From the NCBI GenBank assembly GCA_042090305.1, contig JBELJQ010000004.1, positions 1,790 through 65,789 on the forward strand: DNA of 64,000 bases, written 5' to 3'. This document shows, piece by piece, positions 62,992 through 64,000 of this stretch. Positions within the stretch are counted from its first letter, which is position 1. Each line of letters starts with the position of its first letter. The notes below the pieces were generated by a model. That model saw only the letters and a list, made by a program, of their open reading frames with translations. It ran no database searches and had not been told where the DNA came from. Source of the stretch: Pelagibacteraceae bacterium. GTDB lineage: Bacteria > Pseudomonadota > Alphaproteobacteria > Methylaequorales > Methylaequoraceae. The translations under genes were made by a program, and so were the position numbers.

Positions 62992-63981
62992 TTACAGGTG
63001 ATTTGTGCCTTTTTTAGTAATTATTCTACCTCTTGGCGTTCGTTGAACAAAACCTTTTTGCATCAAATATGGCTCTATTACATCTTCTATTATATCCTTT
63101 TGTTCTAGCAAAGCTGCACTTAATGTATCTATACCTACTGGACCACCATTATAATTGTTATAAATACATTTTAAGTATTTCCTATCCATATCATCTAAAC
63201 CCTGGTTGTCTATATGCATTAATGATAAAGATTTAGATACTATTTCAAAATCAATAAACTCTTGGTCTTGTACAACTGCAAAGTCTATTATTCTTTTTAG
63301 TAATCTTATGGCAATTCTGGGGGTTCCTCTTGATCTATCTGCCACTTCTAAGGCAGCTTTATCTTCAACAGCATAATTATATTTTTTACAGTTATTAATA
63401 ATTATTTGTTTTAGAGCAGTTGAGTCGTAGAAGTCTAGTTGTAATGGTATTCCAAAACGATCTCTCAGAGGCCTGGAAATCAAACCCAATCTGGTTGTTG
63501 CACCAATAAGTGTAAAATTTTCTATTGAAATTTGCATTACTCTCGCAGATGGACCGGAACCAATAACATAGTCACATTTAAAGTCTTCCATAGCAGGATA
63601 AAGTGTTTCTTCTATAATTGGTGACAGCCTGTGTATTTCGTCAATAAATAAAATATCTCCTTCACTCAGATTACTTAATAAAGTCACTAAGTCTCCTTTT
63701 TTTGTAAAAGCTGGACCTGATGTAGAGTGAATATTTACATTTCTTTCTGATGAAATTATATTTGCAAGAGTCGTTTTACCTAATCCTGGTGGTCCATATA
63801 AAATTATGTGATCCAAATTTTTTTTACTTTTAATTGAAGATTGAATAAAAGTTTTTAGGTTTGATTTGATTGAATCTTGTCCAATAAAATCTTCAATTTT
63901 TTTAGGTCTTAAAATGTTACTTTTATCCTCATTTATTTCTTTAGGGTTACGACCTACTTTAGTTTTGTAATCTTTTGTCAT
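62992..63981 (-). CDS. ruvB: Holliday junction branch-migration helicase RuvB
   Basis: 329 aa. LRPKKIEDFIGQ, Walker A GPPGLGKTTLA, Walker B LFIDEIHRL and GTPRIA. Confidence 0.96.
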   Translation of the reverse strand: MTKDYKTKVGRNPKEINEDKSNILRPKKIEDFIGQDSIKSNLKTFIQSSIKSKKNLDHIILYGPPGLGKTTLANIISSERNVNIHSTSGPAFTKKGDLVTLLSNLSEGDILFIDEIHRLSPIIEETLYPAMEDFKCDYVIGSGPSARVMQISIENFTLIGATTRLGLISRPLRDRFGIPLQLDFYDSTALKQIIINNCKKYNYAVEDKAALEVADRSRGTPRIAIRLLKRIIDFAVVQDQEFIDFEIVSKSLSLMHIDNQGLDDMDRKYLKCIYNNYNGGPVGIDTLSAALLEQKDIIEDVIEPYLMQKGFVQRTPRGRIITKKGTNHL

Positions 63982-64000
63982 ATACTTATACTGGTTTAGT

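Overview
The window is very AT-rich (about 30% G+C by eye, not computed) and almost entirely coding. I call about 75 protein genes. I found no rRNA, tRNA, CRISPR array, transposase, integrase or prophage genes. Gene content and order point to a streamlined marine alphaproteobacterium, SAR11/Pelagibacterales-like or a neighbouring AT-rich lineage. Supporting genes are accB-accC-aat, an NDUFA12-like/DUF2155/MlaD cluster, 5-aminolevulinate synthase, RpoH, DUF3126, and ruvB-ybgC-tolQRAB-pal-cpoB-tilS-ftsH-folP-glmM. That taxonomic placement is inference only. Most of the window is core metabolism: fatty acid, thiamin, folate, purine, histidine, serine, haem and isoprenoid synthesis, plus Clp and FtsH proteolysis. 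The clearest accessory system is a complete proteorhodopsin photosystem at 34310-40515. It has a blue-tuned DTE proton-pumping opsin followed by crtE-crtI-crtB-crtY-blh, and a strong intrinsic terminator sits only 6 nt before the crtE start codon. Upstream of it (25548-33639) is an envelope-transport block: a NitT/TauT-type ABC importer apparently co-transcribed with ExbB-ExbD-ExbD-TonB, then a codon-biased porin, a Q/N/Y/P-rich SHOCT lipoprotein and a small His-rich outer-membrane barrel. No TonB-dependent receptor is present anywhere in the window. Other items worth a second look:
- galU is broken by a frameshift inside an 18-nt poly(A) tract.
- Two paralogous small exported HExxH proteins lie about 25 kb apart.
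- A stand-alone gene matches the C-terminal module and zinc finger of class II ribonucleotide reductase.
- A membrane-anchored J protein resembles Pam18/Tim14.
- Two MlaD paralogues sit in tandem.
- An extra lipoprotein gene is inserted between tolB and pal.
- Several divergent gene pairs have back-to-back start codons.
I found no convincing defence or mobile system. All novelty claims here are hypotheses that need database and structural checks.
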